From contig CM060733.1 in the NCBI GenBank assembly GCA_030704615.1, forward strand, positions 10,478,001 through 10,542,000: a stretch of DNA of 64,000 nt, in the 5' to 3' direction. Positions 13,201-24,894 of this stretch are shown here, in pieces. Each line of letters begins with the position of its first letter. Positions within the stretch are counted from its first letter, which is position 1. A program made the translations under genes and the position numbers. Origin of the DNA: Takakia lepidozioides. Taxonomy: Eukaryota; Plantae; Bryophyta. The notes beneath the pieces were generated by a model, which was not told the origin of the DNA, ran no database searches, and saw only the letters and a list, made by a program, of their open reading frames with translations.

Positions 13201-16182
13201 TTCATTATCGTGCATGCAGGGCTAGGCCGACTGCTTCTGATATGCTGAATGGTCTATTGGGGCCGAGTCTTACCTGCCAACATTCAGACATCTTGATTTT
13301 ATCAAAGCCTCAGTACGTTAGATTTTCGTAACCTTTCTGTGTCGTCACATACCTGGTGGGACGAGGCCTTTAGTACTCGTGTTGCGTTTTGGGTGAAAAC
13401 TGAACGCGCTTTGAAGTGGCTGGCACTGTCAGTCCACGGTTCTATTTCTCACGAGGTAAGTTAATCAAGGTCATCTCCTGCACTGTATGGCGTGCGAGCT
13501 TTCCTATCATGTGAGGACGCAAGAAGTGTCACCCACACCCAGTCGGCAACGGTAATATGGAGCCCTCGTGCATCTTGTCTCTCGCAACATCTCTCTAAGC
13601 ACTTGTTCGGTCATGGTAGCAGATGAGGTAATTGGTTTTAAAGAGACATTCACAATCAACCAGCCAAACCCACATGAGTTTACCGACGAAACTTGTACAA
13701 CGACAGCAGACGGCAGACCCTGCTGACTGCAACTGCTGAGGTAAACTTTTGAACTTACCTCCATGTAGGTAAACTTACCTGTAAATGGAATCTTCTCCTC
13801 GCTAACAAGACGTGGCATGCACTCATGCACTCACCCGTGATCCTCAGCGTCCATGGGATCGATCCACTCTTGTGGAATTCGGAGAAGGACACCTTGTATG
13901 CGCTGACTGCAGATAATTTATACAATGGTACATGGACGTTCAGATCTCATTCAGATATGCAACCCACTTGTGACCAAAGGTTGCAGCAAAGTGCGTGCCG
14001 TCAATCGCTAATGGTGAGGTCCATGTAAAGCACATGCATTCATAGATGAGAGGACAAAGACGGACAAGATTATACCACACTGAAGACGAGAGATCCGTAC
14101 CAAATCACAATTCACAGAGATCTAATATGATGTAGCGTTGGGTTCATGGAAAGAACAAGACCTGTGGAAACTTGAAGTGTGTACACCAAATTCACCATAT
14201 CCACTATATTCTGCGTGAGTCCATGGTCCAGTAGAGGGTCGTCCATCGATGACGTCTGTGTTTCTGTGGTGATCAACCCAAAGTGATCTCCCTTTTCAGA
14301 ATCTACCTCCTTTCTGTATGGACTCACCGGAGGTATAGTTGAGCCCTAATTTCAGTTTATGATTACGGAGACCTAAGGATCCAAGGGGCACATAACCAGC
14401 TTTCTGCTGGACAGAACCCAATGAGTCTGTTAAAGATCATCTGATTAAGACCTAGGCCCCTCAACGTCACCAACTGCATCCAGTCCGAGTCTACTAACTC
14501 CATCTCCATCTCCATTGAAAGTGTAGGACTGAATATCCTTATAAATAAGTATCCAGATATCTTCATATACAAGTTATAATTACTGGTAGCCAAAAAAGAA
14601 GACCAGATTACTGACCTCCAAGATCACTGATGAGAAGAGGTCACAGGGTTTTTCAAAAGAGAAAACCAGAAACAAACGCCAAAGAAAACAAAAACAGGGA
14701 CAAGAAAAAGCCTGTCCAGAAGAGAAAGAAGCAAACGAGAAGCAAACTTAGACAAAATAGACTTGGCTACAAACAAAACAACGTTCGACACAGATTCGTC
14801 TTGACCTGTAACCTGAGAATTGCGGTATAGACTTGGTGACTGGCTCTCACCTGGGTGCTAATCCATGAACCTTGAGGAGAACAACACCATCATGTATGCT
14901 AGTATCGACAAGCCACAGCAAGCCACCATCCCTTGAAATGGTTAGTAGCCTCTGCACCGCTACTATGAGAGAACTAGTTGCAAGCGCGAATGTTGCTCTG
15001 GAGTCTTGAAGTTGTACAAACAAACAAACCGATTTTGCCTTTCAAGATTTGCAAACCATTGTCCACATTAAACCTACCGCAGTACAGGAATCAGACTGTC
15101 GCCAGGCTTGCAGTTCATCACCTCCCTTCCTCCACTCTCCACAACCTTGCCAGGTCTACAAATATACTGCCTTGTATAACCAGGGACACTGGAGAAAAGC
15201 AGAACTTCACTCGGTACTCCTACACACGTCACATTTATTTGTACAGACGCTACCTTTGCCACCTTGGATGTCCAGCAGAATTAAGCTCTGGAGAGAAGCC
15301 TACGCGAAAGTTAGGAGAGACCAGGTAGATCTCATAGGAAACGTGATCGAACTGATCACTCTCAACCATATATATGCTAATTGGGGTCTGAACGGGGAAA
15401 GGAGACACGTCGTGTCCTACAATCTTTACCTGTTTTGGTCGGGTGCACGCGTTGGTGCAACACTTGCAGTGGATCTACCTTTCACCCGCCCTAACTTCGG
15501 CCAGGTATGCGGTCCACACTCCTCATCCCAGTACACCAAAGCGCTGTGCAACTCCACTTAAAGTGCGCATGTTTCTATCCCAGTTCCTTGAAGCGGCCAT
15601 AAAGTTCAGTGCAGTCAACAGCTCAAGAATATCTTTCGAGACAATTCAGGAAGTTGACGAAGAATGTGGAATTGCTCCCTCCCATGCCTAGCACACTTGC
15701 CTCCCCTTCCTCGATCGACTGGGAGCACGCGTCTCGCTGCAACAAGGATCGAGGGTCTCGCAGGATTGCTGGGCGCCCGCTTCGCTGGTGGAACTGGCAG
15801 TGCTGACGGTGCCGCTAAATACAGCCGCGGTATCTTTGCTGCCCGCGCTGTGACTGGACCGTCGCCCTCGGGTGGCGCTTCGCAGTGATCCGAGCCTAAA
15901 AGTGAGTTGGTTTGGTGATAGCCTCGGCGGGCGCGGGCCGCCGTGGATGGCTTTGGTTCCACCCGCTGCGATCTGGGGCTTGTCTCTGCGTCTCGTGAGG
16001 AAGTCTCGGAAGGGAAAGGGGGAGATTCGGGAACTTGTGCGCTCGAGAAGGACTGTGAAGATTTTCCTGAAGGTTTTTGCTGTGAAGGGGCTGGATCGAG
16101 AGAGATGGGACCCACGAGTTTGAGAGAGGCGAGGCGGGATTGTTGCAGTAAAAGCTTGGTGTAAGATGTAGGAAGGAATATC

Positions 16183-17222
16183 ATGACAGGAGGGGCAGGG
16201 CCAGCGGGATCCAACCCTGCTTGTGCCGCATGCAAGTACCAGCGGCGGAAGTGTGCGCCCGATTGCCCGTTAGCACCCTACTTCCCGCCGGATCAGCCTA
16301 AGCGTTTCCATAATGTGCACAAGCTGTTCGGTGTGAGCAATCTTCTGCGGATCCTGCGTGCCGTGGAGCCCAGCAAGCGGGAGGACACTGTCAAGTCAAT
16401 TGTGTATGAAGCTGACACACGCGAGAAGGATCCAGTGAACGGCTGCCTGGGCGTGATCAGTATGCTGCAGAACCAGGTGAACAAGCTCAAGGAAGAGCTG
16501 GCCCTGGCGCGTGACCAGCTCTACTTGGTGGACCAGCAGCAGCATGCCATCCTCAACCAGGTCTATGCTCATCAGCACGGTGGCACTCCCACGTCCTTAG
16601 TGCATCCGTGGCAGTATGTTGGTTCCCCACACCCTAACTTCAACGACTCTGGGGCGCAACCCAGCTTTGACAAGTCGATGGCAGCATTCCATGACCAGTC
16701 CAGGTGAGCAATTTGGAAGTGTTAACACAAATGTGTCCTATGAGTGGAGTATGAGCGCAGCCCCACTCTGTCGAAGTATGAGTTACAGATAGTACTTGTT
16801 TTTGTTGAATGCGGAGAATTTTCACTGGAATATACTCACTTGGGCTGTCCCCGATACAGCGCCTAATCTAACTGTTTCACTCTCATACTGCACGAAGGTT
16901 TGGGGCAGACACGGCAGCATTGCATGACATGCTGGGGCAGCAGTTTAAAGTAGAGCCACCAGATCGCTTCAACCGGTTAGACCTGTCGCGGGTGCGCTAT
17001 GAAGGGGAGACGGTGGGGTTGCAAGACCAGCAGGGAGTACCCCACACGCTGGCCGACCTGCAGCAGAGGCGTAATGTCTTCAACCTGCCCAACAGCAATC
17101 AGGCTCACCACGATCCTCTGCAGAGAGTTGGCCTCCAGAGTGTAAATACCCAGCATGTTTCCGACCATGAACTGCGCAATGCTGGTGTGCATCTATCGCT
17201 GACTAATCAGTACTCGGTTTGA
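16183..17222 (+). CDS. LOB-domain (LBD/ASL, class I) transcription factor; exons 16183-16703, 16898-17222
   Basis: CX2CX6CX3C motif (CAACKYQRRKCAPDC), LAPYFP, HKLFGVSN, DPVNGC and leucine zipper; phase-2 GT-AG intron joins the two ORFs in frame. Confidence 0.95.
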
Positions 17223-19091
17223 GCTCTTGCAGTATATCGCTCAGGGCATCTACCGTCTGTGATTTAACTGAACTGTTGTGTCGATGGAAGTATGAGAGGA
17301 GAGCGGCAAATTGTTTTGTGAGAGAGAGAGAGCACTCCAATTGTGATGTGCAGCAAGTTGAGCTTTGAACTTGTCCTCTCAAATTTTCCTGATTGTGTAC
17401 TGTGACAAATGATCATACCTTGTATGAATTGAACACTCATCCCAATTCATCACTGTATGTATACATACATACATACAGAGACGAATTTGATAAAAATAAA
17501 TTGTAAAAATAATAAAAATCTTCATGGGCGTCAAGGTAAGTTGTGGGTTCTTGTTTTTTACCTGTGGTGGGAGGGTTGGACATTGTAGAGCTAACATTAC
17601 ATACTTTCAAAGTCTTAAGAGTAGCGGCAAGAGTTAGTTATGTAGGAAGTTCACTTAATTGGTCTTAGACCCATCAACCAGGTATTGGGGACATTAAACA
17701 TGACGCCATTAAGGTCTAAGGATGATGTTTTTTTAAGTTGGATGACAGAAAGTAAGTATCATTACCAACCACCATAAAGACATCAATGATGCAAGATGAA
17801 GCAAAAGCATCACCCCTCCCAAAGGGAACGTAACTTATGGTGTCACTTCACCACAAGGGCTACTGCCTTCTAGTTGAAAGGTATGCAAGATGAATAGTTA
17901 ACATTTAACCTCGATGAAATGTGTGTGAACAAGGTTGTAGCGACATGATTTTTTTGGCATATATGTGTATTTTGAATCCTACATATTTATGAAGCTTGGA
18001 CTCCACACTAGAGCCATGACCGGCTCTAATGAGATGACCGGTGACAGCCGGTTCAACATTTTGAAAAGATGTACCTCAAGAAAATAGATAAATATATTGA
18101 TCATAACAGGTCAACATGGGAGGGTTAAGTAACCGTTTGTTTCCGGTACCCTGTTTTTCTCAACAAAACTTAAGGAACCTACGCTGTCTGAAATATCTCG
18201 TGAAAGTATTATCAAATTGCACGCTTGCATCAAAGTTCTTACATTGTTCATGTTGTTTTTTTTGCATAAAATACATTTCCAAAACAAAAGATCGTTGTTC
18301 TCAGAAGTCGTCACTCATAGTGTGGAACAACCGCGTAGCCTTAGTGCATTAGAATGCAAGAGGTTGGCAAGCAATGGGAAAATACCCTGTTGGTAAGGCA
18401 ATAGCAACTTAGACACGGAGGTTCGGGTTCGATTCTTGATGGGTGGCTAGGGTAACCCGGGCTAATGTAACCCGGCAAGCCGATGCATATGAAGCATAAC
18501 ATAAAATACATGGGATGCTCGGCGCTTTGAATCACCTAAACTGAAACAATTTTATTGGTGATAAAAGAAGGTTATGCTTAGAGGTCAAGAGGCAGCACAA
18601 TACTGGAGTATGAGAAGGGCACGGAGTGCTATCAATTAGGTTGAGAAACATACCTGGCTGACTTTTCCGGCTTTAAGACTGACCTTGTGGCCTAAAATAA
18701 CATGCTTATTTTAATCGCGGTTAATGTGAAGCCCATACAAGTACAAGAGTGTGTTCAATTCTTGCAGCTTCCAAAGATCTCTTCAAGGTGGAATTTAGAT
18801 AACCTGCACATCTATGATCTATCTAAGGAACTTTTGTATAGTAGAAAGCTTGAACACTAAGAATTTCATTGTGCTCTGGGCTGCTGCCAAGCCATTCTCA
18901 AATGCAAGAAAGTTATAGGGCCACAACATAAAAATATATATTTCAAATCCATCTTTGGCACAGACCAAGTCAGAGTAAATAAGAGCATCTTTTCCTTTGC
19001 AAGTACTTCCCGTTTCTAATAAAACCCAAGTATAAGGTAATGAGTTGTCTACTTTTATTTAAAATATGAGGAGAGTGAGGGTTATCAGCGA

Positions 19092-19830
19092 TTGGTCAGC
19101 ATGCCCAAGAAATTTGATGAGACGAGATCAATATTTCGCGGGTTTGTTCAACAAGTACGATTTTTCCTCCGATTACATCCACAACGTTATCCCATTGAAG
19201 GTATCCAAGTGGAATTCGTGGGTAGGTATTGCTCTATCTTAGTTTGTACCTCCATTGGAGAAAAATTCTTATTTTATACCAAATAATTTTGAAGCATTCA
19301 TGTCTGAGTTCACTGAAGCATTCGGGAAAAAAAAAAAAAATACAGAGTTGTAGAGACAAAGATGTGAAATCTAAGACAAGGAGCGCGTCCTGTTTCCGTT
19401 TACGCTGCCGAGTTTCGACAACTTGCATGCGACTTCAACTGGAATGAAAAAAACCTCATTAGTTAAAAAATGATTCTTTCTGCCTCCAGACTCTGTACCT
19501 TGTTTCATATTTCTTGTAAAAAACAGAGTGCAAAATCGTGACATCCCCACAAAAGCATTTTTGGACTCGGGAGTTTCAACATGTTTTATCGACAAAGACT
19601 TTGCAAAGCAATACAATCTAACGCTTATAAAAAAGAAACATTATCGGCCCCAGTTGAAGTCATCGATGGACGACCGTTAGAATCAGGTAACGTTGTCCAC
19701 AAAACTCAACCACTCGAAGTGAAGCTTGAAGATCAAGTGTCACATATTATTTTCAACGTCATCCAATTTCCTACGAATCATGTGATCTTTGGGCTTCACT
19801 GTTTGTACTACACCCAATCACCGCGAACAA
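19092..19830 (+). mobile_element. Degraded Ty3/gypsy LTR retrotransposon gag-protease remnant
   Basis: MPKKFDETRSIFRGFVQQVRFFLRLHP (gag-like); AFLDSGVSTCFID (aspartic protease DSG); VEVIDGRPL; frameshifted. Confidence 0.8.
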
Positions 19831-20039
19831 AAAACGAGTTCACAAAAACAAATCTTAAAACGTCAAAAATATGAGTTCTCATAATTGGAAAACGTAACAG
19901 AAAATGGCATGAGCAACGAACGAATTTTATTCATCACAGTATGAGCACACATAATGCTACATATATACCTCAAATCTCTTCCTTGTTATTCTCACTCTCT
20001 GACCATTCTAGAAACTCATCTTTATAGTCAGGGTCAAAA

Positions 20040-20276
20040 ACTTTATCCAGCAATCGAATGTTGCTAAAAACAGCTACTTTAGAAAAAATCAAACGAATTG
20101 CGCTTTTTAGAATGATTGTACTCAAATATATTCCAATTTCTTTCACATGAAGATGCTAAAGTAATTTGAGCAAGAACTCTAATAGCAATCTTCTGAAGCT
20201 CTAGAGTTTCAGCCCTATAAGACTCCCACCAAATATAACATGCAACTTCTTTGGTTACCAATGATCCTAGTTGCAA
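20040..20276 (-). mobile_element. hAT transposase C-terminal dimerization-domain fragment
   Basis: WWESY...ELQKIAIRVLAQ...ASSCERNWNIF...HSKKRN matches the plant hAT dimerization consensus. Confidence 0.85.
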
Positions 20277-20280
20277 ATTT

Positions 20281-20362
20281 GGACGTGACGTGGCGTTGAC
20301 GCGTCAGCGTCACGTCCGACGTCAACGACAGACCAGCGACGGACGTGCGTCACGTCACGTCC
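20281..20362. repeat. GC-rich imperfect inverted repeat (GGACGTGACGTG...CACGTCACGTCC)
   Basis: 12-bp perfect terminal arms with internal ACGT-rich partial symmetry. Confidence 0.7.
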
Positions 20363-20565
20363 TAAACCGACGTTACTGTACATAAATATGTTTATTTTTT
20401 TACTTTACTATTGACTATTTATTATGATAACCGACGTGGCAACCGATGTGGCCTCATTACGTGGACTTCATTAATTATCTATAAAATTCATATATTATGA
20501 TTTATATTGTCAATCATGCGACCGTCAACAAAGGTTAGTCGGACAATTTTTTATTTTTTTTAATA

Positions 20566-21250
20566 GGTGCGACCACCAGAAGGGGGTGGTCGCACATTTT
20601 TTCTTATTTTTTAAATGGGTGCGACCACCCGCAGGTGGTGGTCGCAGCATTTTCATTTTCTTTAATAGGTGCGACCACAAGCAGAGGGTGGTCGCACATT
20701 TTTTCTTTTTTTTTAAATTGGGTGCGACCACCAACAGGTGATGGTCGCAACTTTTTTATTTTTTATTTTTTTTAAATAGGTGCGACCACCAGGGATGGTC
20801 GCACATTTTTAATTATTTTTTAAATGGGTGCGACCACCAGCCGGTGGTGGTCGCAGACTTTTTCTTTTTTGTTATTAGGTGCGGACAACCAGCATGTAGC
20901 CCAGTGGTAATGGGCACATACCACGTTGGATGTAGTTGTGGGTTCAAACCACGGTCTGGTGTGTCATGAAGGTGTCCACCTTTCAGCTGGAAGGCAGTAG
21001 CCCTTGTGGTGTAGTGACACCATAAGTTACGCTCCCTTTGGGAGGCGTCATACTTTTACTTTTACTTTTATTAGGTGCGACCGCTTATGGGGGGTCGCAC
21101 ATTTTTGTTTTGTTTTTAAAAAGGTGCGACCACCAGCAGGGGGGGGTCGCAGCACTTTTTTTGTTTTGTTATTAACTGCAATCACCCATAGGTGCGACCG
21201 CTCCCTGGACACGTGGCGAGGCGTGAATGGGCAGCAGAGGCGGTCGCGCA
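20566..21250. repeat. Array of about 10 hairpin units GGTGCGACCACC-N-GGTGGTCGCA separated by T-rich spacers
   Basis: Units at about 20566, 20618, 20668, 20722, 20779, 20827, 20878 (partial), 21073, 21123 and 21191; period about 50-55 bp. Confidence 0.9.
20887..21050 (+). mobile_element. tRNA-derived SINE-like insertion interrupting the hairpin array
   Basis: Pol III box A TAGCCCAGTGG (20897) and box B GGTTCAAACC (20941); no full cloverleaf; boundaries approximate. Confidence 0.5.
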
Positions 21251-21574
21251 CCAGGCCTCTCCAGGCAATATATAAGGGCCTACTTCTCATTCCCAACCCA
21301 CTTTTTTCCCTCTCTGTGAGTGCAGTTCTGGGGCTTCTTGGAATTTGAACTTTGGTGGCCAGGACTGAGCGTGGGGGGGGGGGGGGGGAGGAGAAAGTGG
21401 ATTTGTGTGATGGAGGAATTTTTGCCTTTTTTTCCAGGGACTGCGGGAGAGTTTGCTTTGGGTACTATACCAATAGAGGGTGAGGAAATTGGTCTACTAG
21501 TATATAAGGTTATCAATAGTCTGGGTTTAGTTTTCCGTTACGAAGCCGCGTCTATTCCGCATAGTATTTTCATC

Positions 21575-23015
21575 ATGTCCGGAAACGTTGCTTCGAACGC
21601 AGTGTCAAGGGGTTCATCGGGAAGTGGGCGTAAAGATAAGAAGCGTAAACATGCACATGAACAGGATAGTCAGGTCAACAAAAAAGACTATCCAAGCGCA
21701 GAAGTCGCGAAGGTGGTAAAGCAAGTAATGCTGGATATTTGAAAGACAATGACATAATGCGTTTGAATATTTTGTATGTCCGACATAGGAATGAGGGGTT
21801 CCTTAGATTCCAGCACAATATGGAGATGAGAATGAGGGAGGCTTTGGCCGGGGATGAATGAATCTGAGGCAAACCATGGACAAGTTTGTTACGAGAACAC
21901 CTGTAGCTGAAGGTCGCATGCCAACTTTGGAGAAGGAGTTGTTTGTGCTTGTGGATTGGTGGTCTGACATGGCAAAGACCCACGCCAAACTACGTACGAA
22001 ATCACTCCCATGGAAGGCAGGGTCCTCATCCGCAGATGTGGCATTGAACGTGAGATACATATCCACAAATGCACAGGTACAACAACTCGAAGCGCCCAAA
22101 CAGGGAGGGTATGGTACAATTCGGAGGGTTGGAATTGTTGGGGATCAATTCATTCCTCCATCTTGGGAGCTAGCAGGGAAAACGCCCAGGGAAACAAATG
22201 CTGAGCTTGCCAAAGTCCAACATAACAATGAGGCGTTGTCTGTAAAGTTCCATCATTTCGGCATCATAAAGTATTTTGCGTTGCATCCACGTCGAAATGA
22301 AGGTTACTCACATTGGTGGAATGAGGGGACCATATGATCATGGTTGAGTATTGACAGGAAATGGGGGAATGATCGGGATAACAGGGAGTTAATGGAACGA
22401 CGGGGGACGGAGCAGGAAATGCAGGAGGTCAACCGACTGGTTCGAATCCGACAAAATCGCACCCAATTGGCATGGGCGTTTTTGCACATCATGCTCAACG
22501 TCCATTATCGCCACCTCTTGCACAACGACATGTCCCCCGACAACATCTTGTTGTATTTTCCACAAGGGTCTGAAGATGTGTACATCGGGTTATGCGATTG
22601 GGGGATGGCCTCCACGACGGATGACCCAAAAATCACGTTGTACATTTTCGAGAGCAGAGACAAGATGATAAAGACTATCGCACATAGCTGGCGGATTGCA
22701 CCTGAAATTGCAATTGTTCATAATGTAGCCAACAACCAGTCAGATGGCACACCTCGTAGGCCCCCTCTAACCGTGTCATCAAAGACCTTTGCAATTGGGA
22801 AGATAGCCCAGGCAATAAATTGGGGTAACACGTTCGATGCAAGCCTATTCAACGATATGTCTACTGGAACTTGTTTTGCTTCAGCTCTGGAAAACTTGTG
22901 TGTAGACACAGTAGAGTTGCGGTACAAACTAGAAAATGTTGTGGAGCGTTTCATGATGGGGCTATTCAATTGGCCTGAGCCCAAAAATTGCTGGAGGATG
23001 GATAGAAACTTGTAG
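21575..23015 (+). pseudogene. Intronless divergent Ser/Thr-type protein kinase, disrupted (frameshifts near 21740 and 21858; in-frame TGA at 22335)
   Basis: Kinase subdomains in order: QGGYGTI (Gly loop, 22101), LAGK, NNEAL, HFGIIKY, LLHNDMSPDNILL (catalytic loop, 22521), LCDWG (22596), WRIAPE, SKTFAIG; TATATAA near 21270. Confidence 0.8.
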
Positions 23016-23993
23016 ACCTCTGACTGTACATCATGTTTGAATAAATGTTGTTTTCAATTGTATTTGTCTCATACCATAATGTTTTAATGGTTTGTTACTT
23101 GGCCATGGCACCTGGGTCCATCATATGGGATAATCAAGCACCACACCCACGAATCTTGAAGAGTGACAGTATACACCGGGTCAATGGGTGAACCAATCGT
23201 TCCCCTGCCAAATGATTTTAGATTGATTTGAAACTTTGGGAGTGTCTTGTACATGCCCTCTTTAAGTTACCGGACAAATATGAGGTCAATCTAAAATGGT
23301 TCTAAGGGTGAACCAATAGTTCCCCTATTAAATGATTCATGATTGAAAATTGGTTGAAAGGTTTAACGAGTTGTTCGGGGGACAAATGATTATTTCTTCG
23401 CTTGCAACTTTGTGTACGTGATTTGTACGTACTTAAGCACATATGGACCAAAGTTGAACTTCAACAAAGTTGTTTGAATGGATTATTCAAATTCATAAGG
23501 ATAAATAACCTTTCGTCTGCACATGAATTGTTTTTAATTCCATTCTGAAGTCATATGCTTGATAACAACATGAAGAGTTGCATGCAAAATATCACCATGA
23601 ACAGACATCGTCTGCATCCAAAAGACATTTTATTCCCTCATTTGCGCTCCAAGGTGAAGTTATCTTCAACTTTATGTATTCTTCATAGAGAGTTTTGCAA
23701 TAGTGAGTATAGAGCAAAGGATGAACGTTTTTTTTCAGACATTTTTCTTTGGTACATTTTTTGGCAAGGATGTGGTGGTGTGAGGGTTCAACTCACAGAA
23801 CAAAATCAAGCCAAAAATAAAATCATTGCGCCCCACACTCATTGCCCCACAATCCTATGCCCTCTAAATCATTTTATTTAGTAAAAATCCAGTTCAATTC
23901 AAAATTGGATGAAAGGGTGAACGGAAACTTCCCCGATGAAATGGTATTTTATTGCTCCGAAACTTTGCAAGTGTCTTCTACATGCCCTCTTAC

Positions 23994-24850
23994 ACGTCTT
24001 TGATCGTTGATGATACCTTAATCTGGAGTGTAAAAGTAGTTTCTGGGGATACTATGAAACAGAGAGGAACACGATCAGGGGTGAAAAACCAACTCATAGA
24101 AGGGCTGTTTAAAGCAAAAATAAGGAGGCACATTAAGGCATCGTTGACGACACCTTAATCAGGCCTGTCAAAAACACTTTCATGGCATACTTTGAAGTAG
24201 ATATAAACAGGATTAATGGTGGGTAGTCTGCACTTTGAGGGATGTCTAGGACATAAAAGAAAGAAGAAGATTAAGGCATCGTTGACGATACCTTAATCTG
24301 GAGTGTAAAAGCAGTTCCCGGGGATACAATGAAACAGAGAGGAACACGATCAGGGGTGGGGAATATTCTCATAGAAGAGCTGTTTTAAACAGAAATAAGG
24401 AGGCAGATTAAGGCATCGTTGACGACACCTTAATCTGGCCTGTCAAAAACACTTTCCAGATATACTTTGAAGCAGATATAAACTGGGGATACTATGAAAA
24501 AAAGAGGAATACGATCAGGGGTGGGGAATCTGCTCATAGAAGGGCTGTTTCAAACAGAAATAAGGAGGCAGATTAAGGCATCGTTGACGACACCTTAATC
24601 TGCCCTGTAAAAACACTTTTCAGGCATACTTTGACGCAGATATAAATCGGATTGGTGGTGGGTAGGGCTGTTCTAAATACAAACATGGAGGCAGATTAAG
24701 GCATCGTTGACGATACCTTAATCTGGAGTGTACAAAGTGGACTTCAATGCATAGAGGAAGAGGATCGGGTGTCGAGAGTAGTCATATTGAATGAGTGTTT
24801 AAATCTGAAATAAGGAGGCAGATTAAGGCATCGTTGACGACACCTTATTC
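23994..24850. repeat. Tandem array (period 123-165 bp) with a conserved 30-bp palindrome GATTAAGGCATCGTTGACGAYACCTTAATC
   Basis: Copies at about 24003 (partial), 24131, 24269, 24406, 24571, 24694 and 24821; spacers are homologous to each other and fall into two classes. Confidence 0.9.
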
Positions 24851-24894
24851 TGTTCTGTCAAGTAGACATTGATGTTGTGGGAAAACACAAATGA

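Noticed and set aside
13500-14600. Receptor-like kinase remnant (RLIGFC...YVPLGSL on the minus strand)
   Set aside because: Only one short frameshifted motif pair; no catalytic loop or DFG found.
15615-16235. 206-aa minus-strand ORF
   Set aside because: Antisense to the GC-rich LBD leader and CDS; low complexity, no domain.
23994-24850. CRISPR-like array (30-bp palindromic repeat with spacers)
   Set aside because: Spacers are about 95-135 bp and homologous to each other, no cas genes are present, and the context is eukaryotic; it is a tandem repeat with a conserved palindrome.
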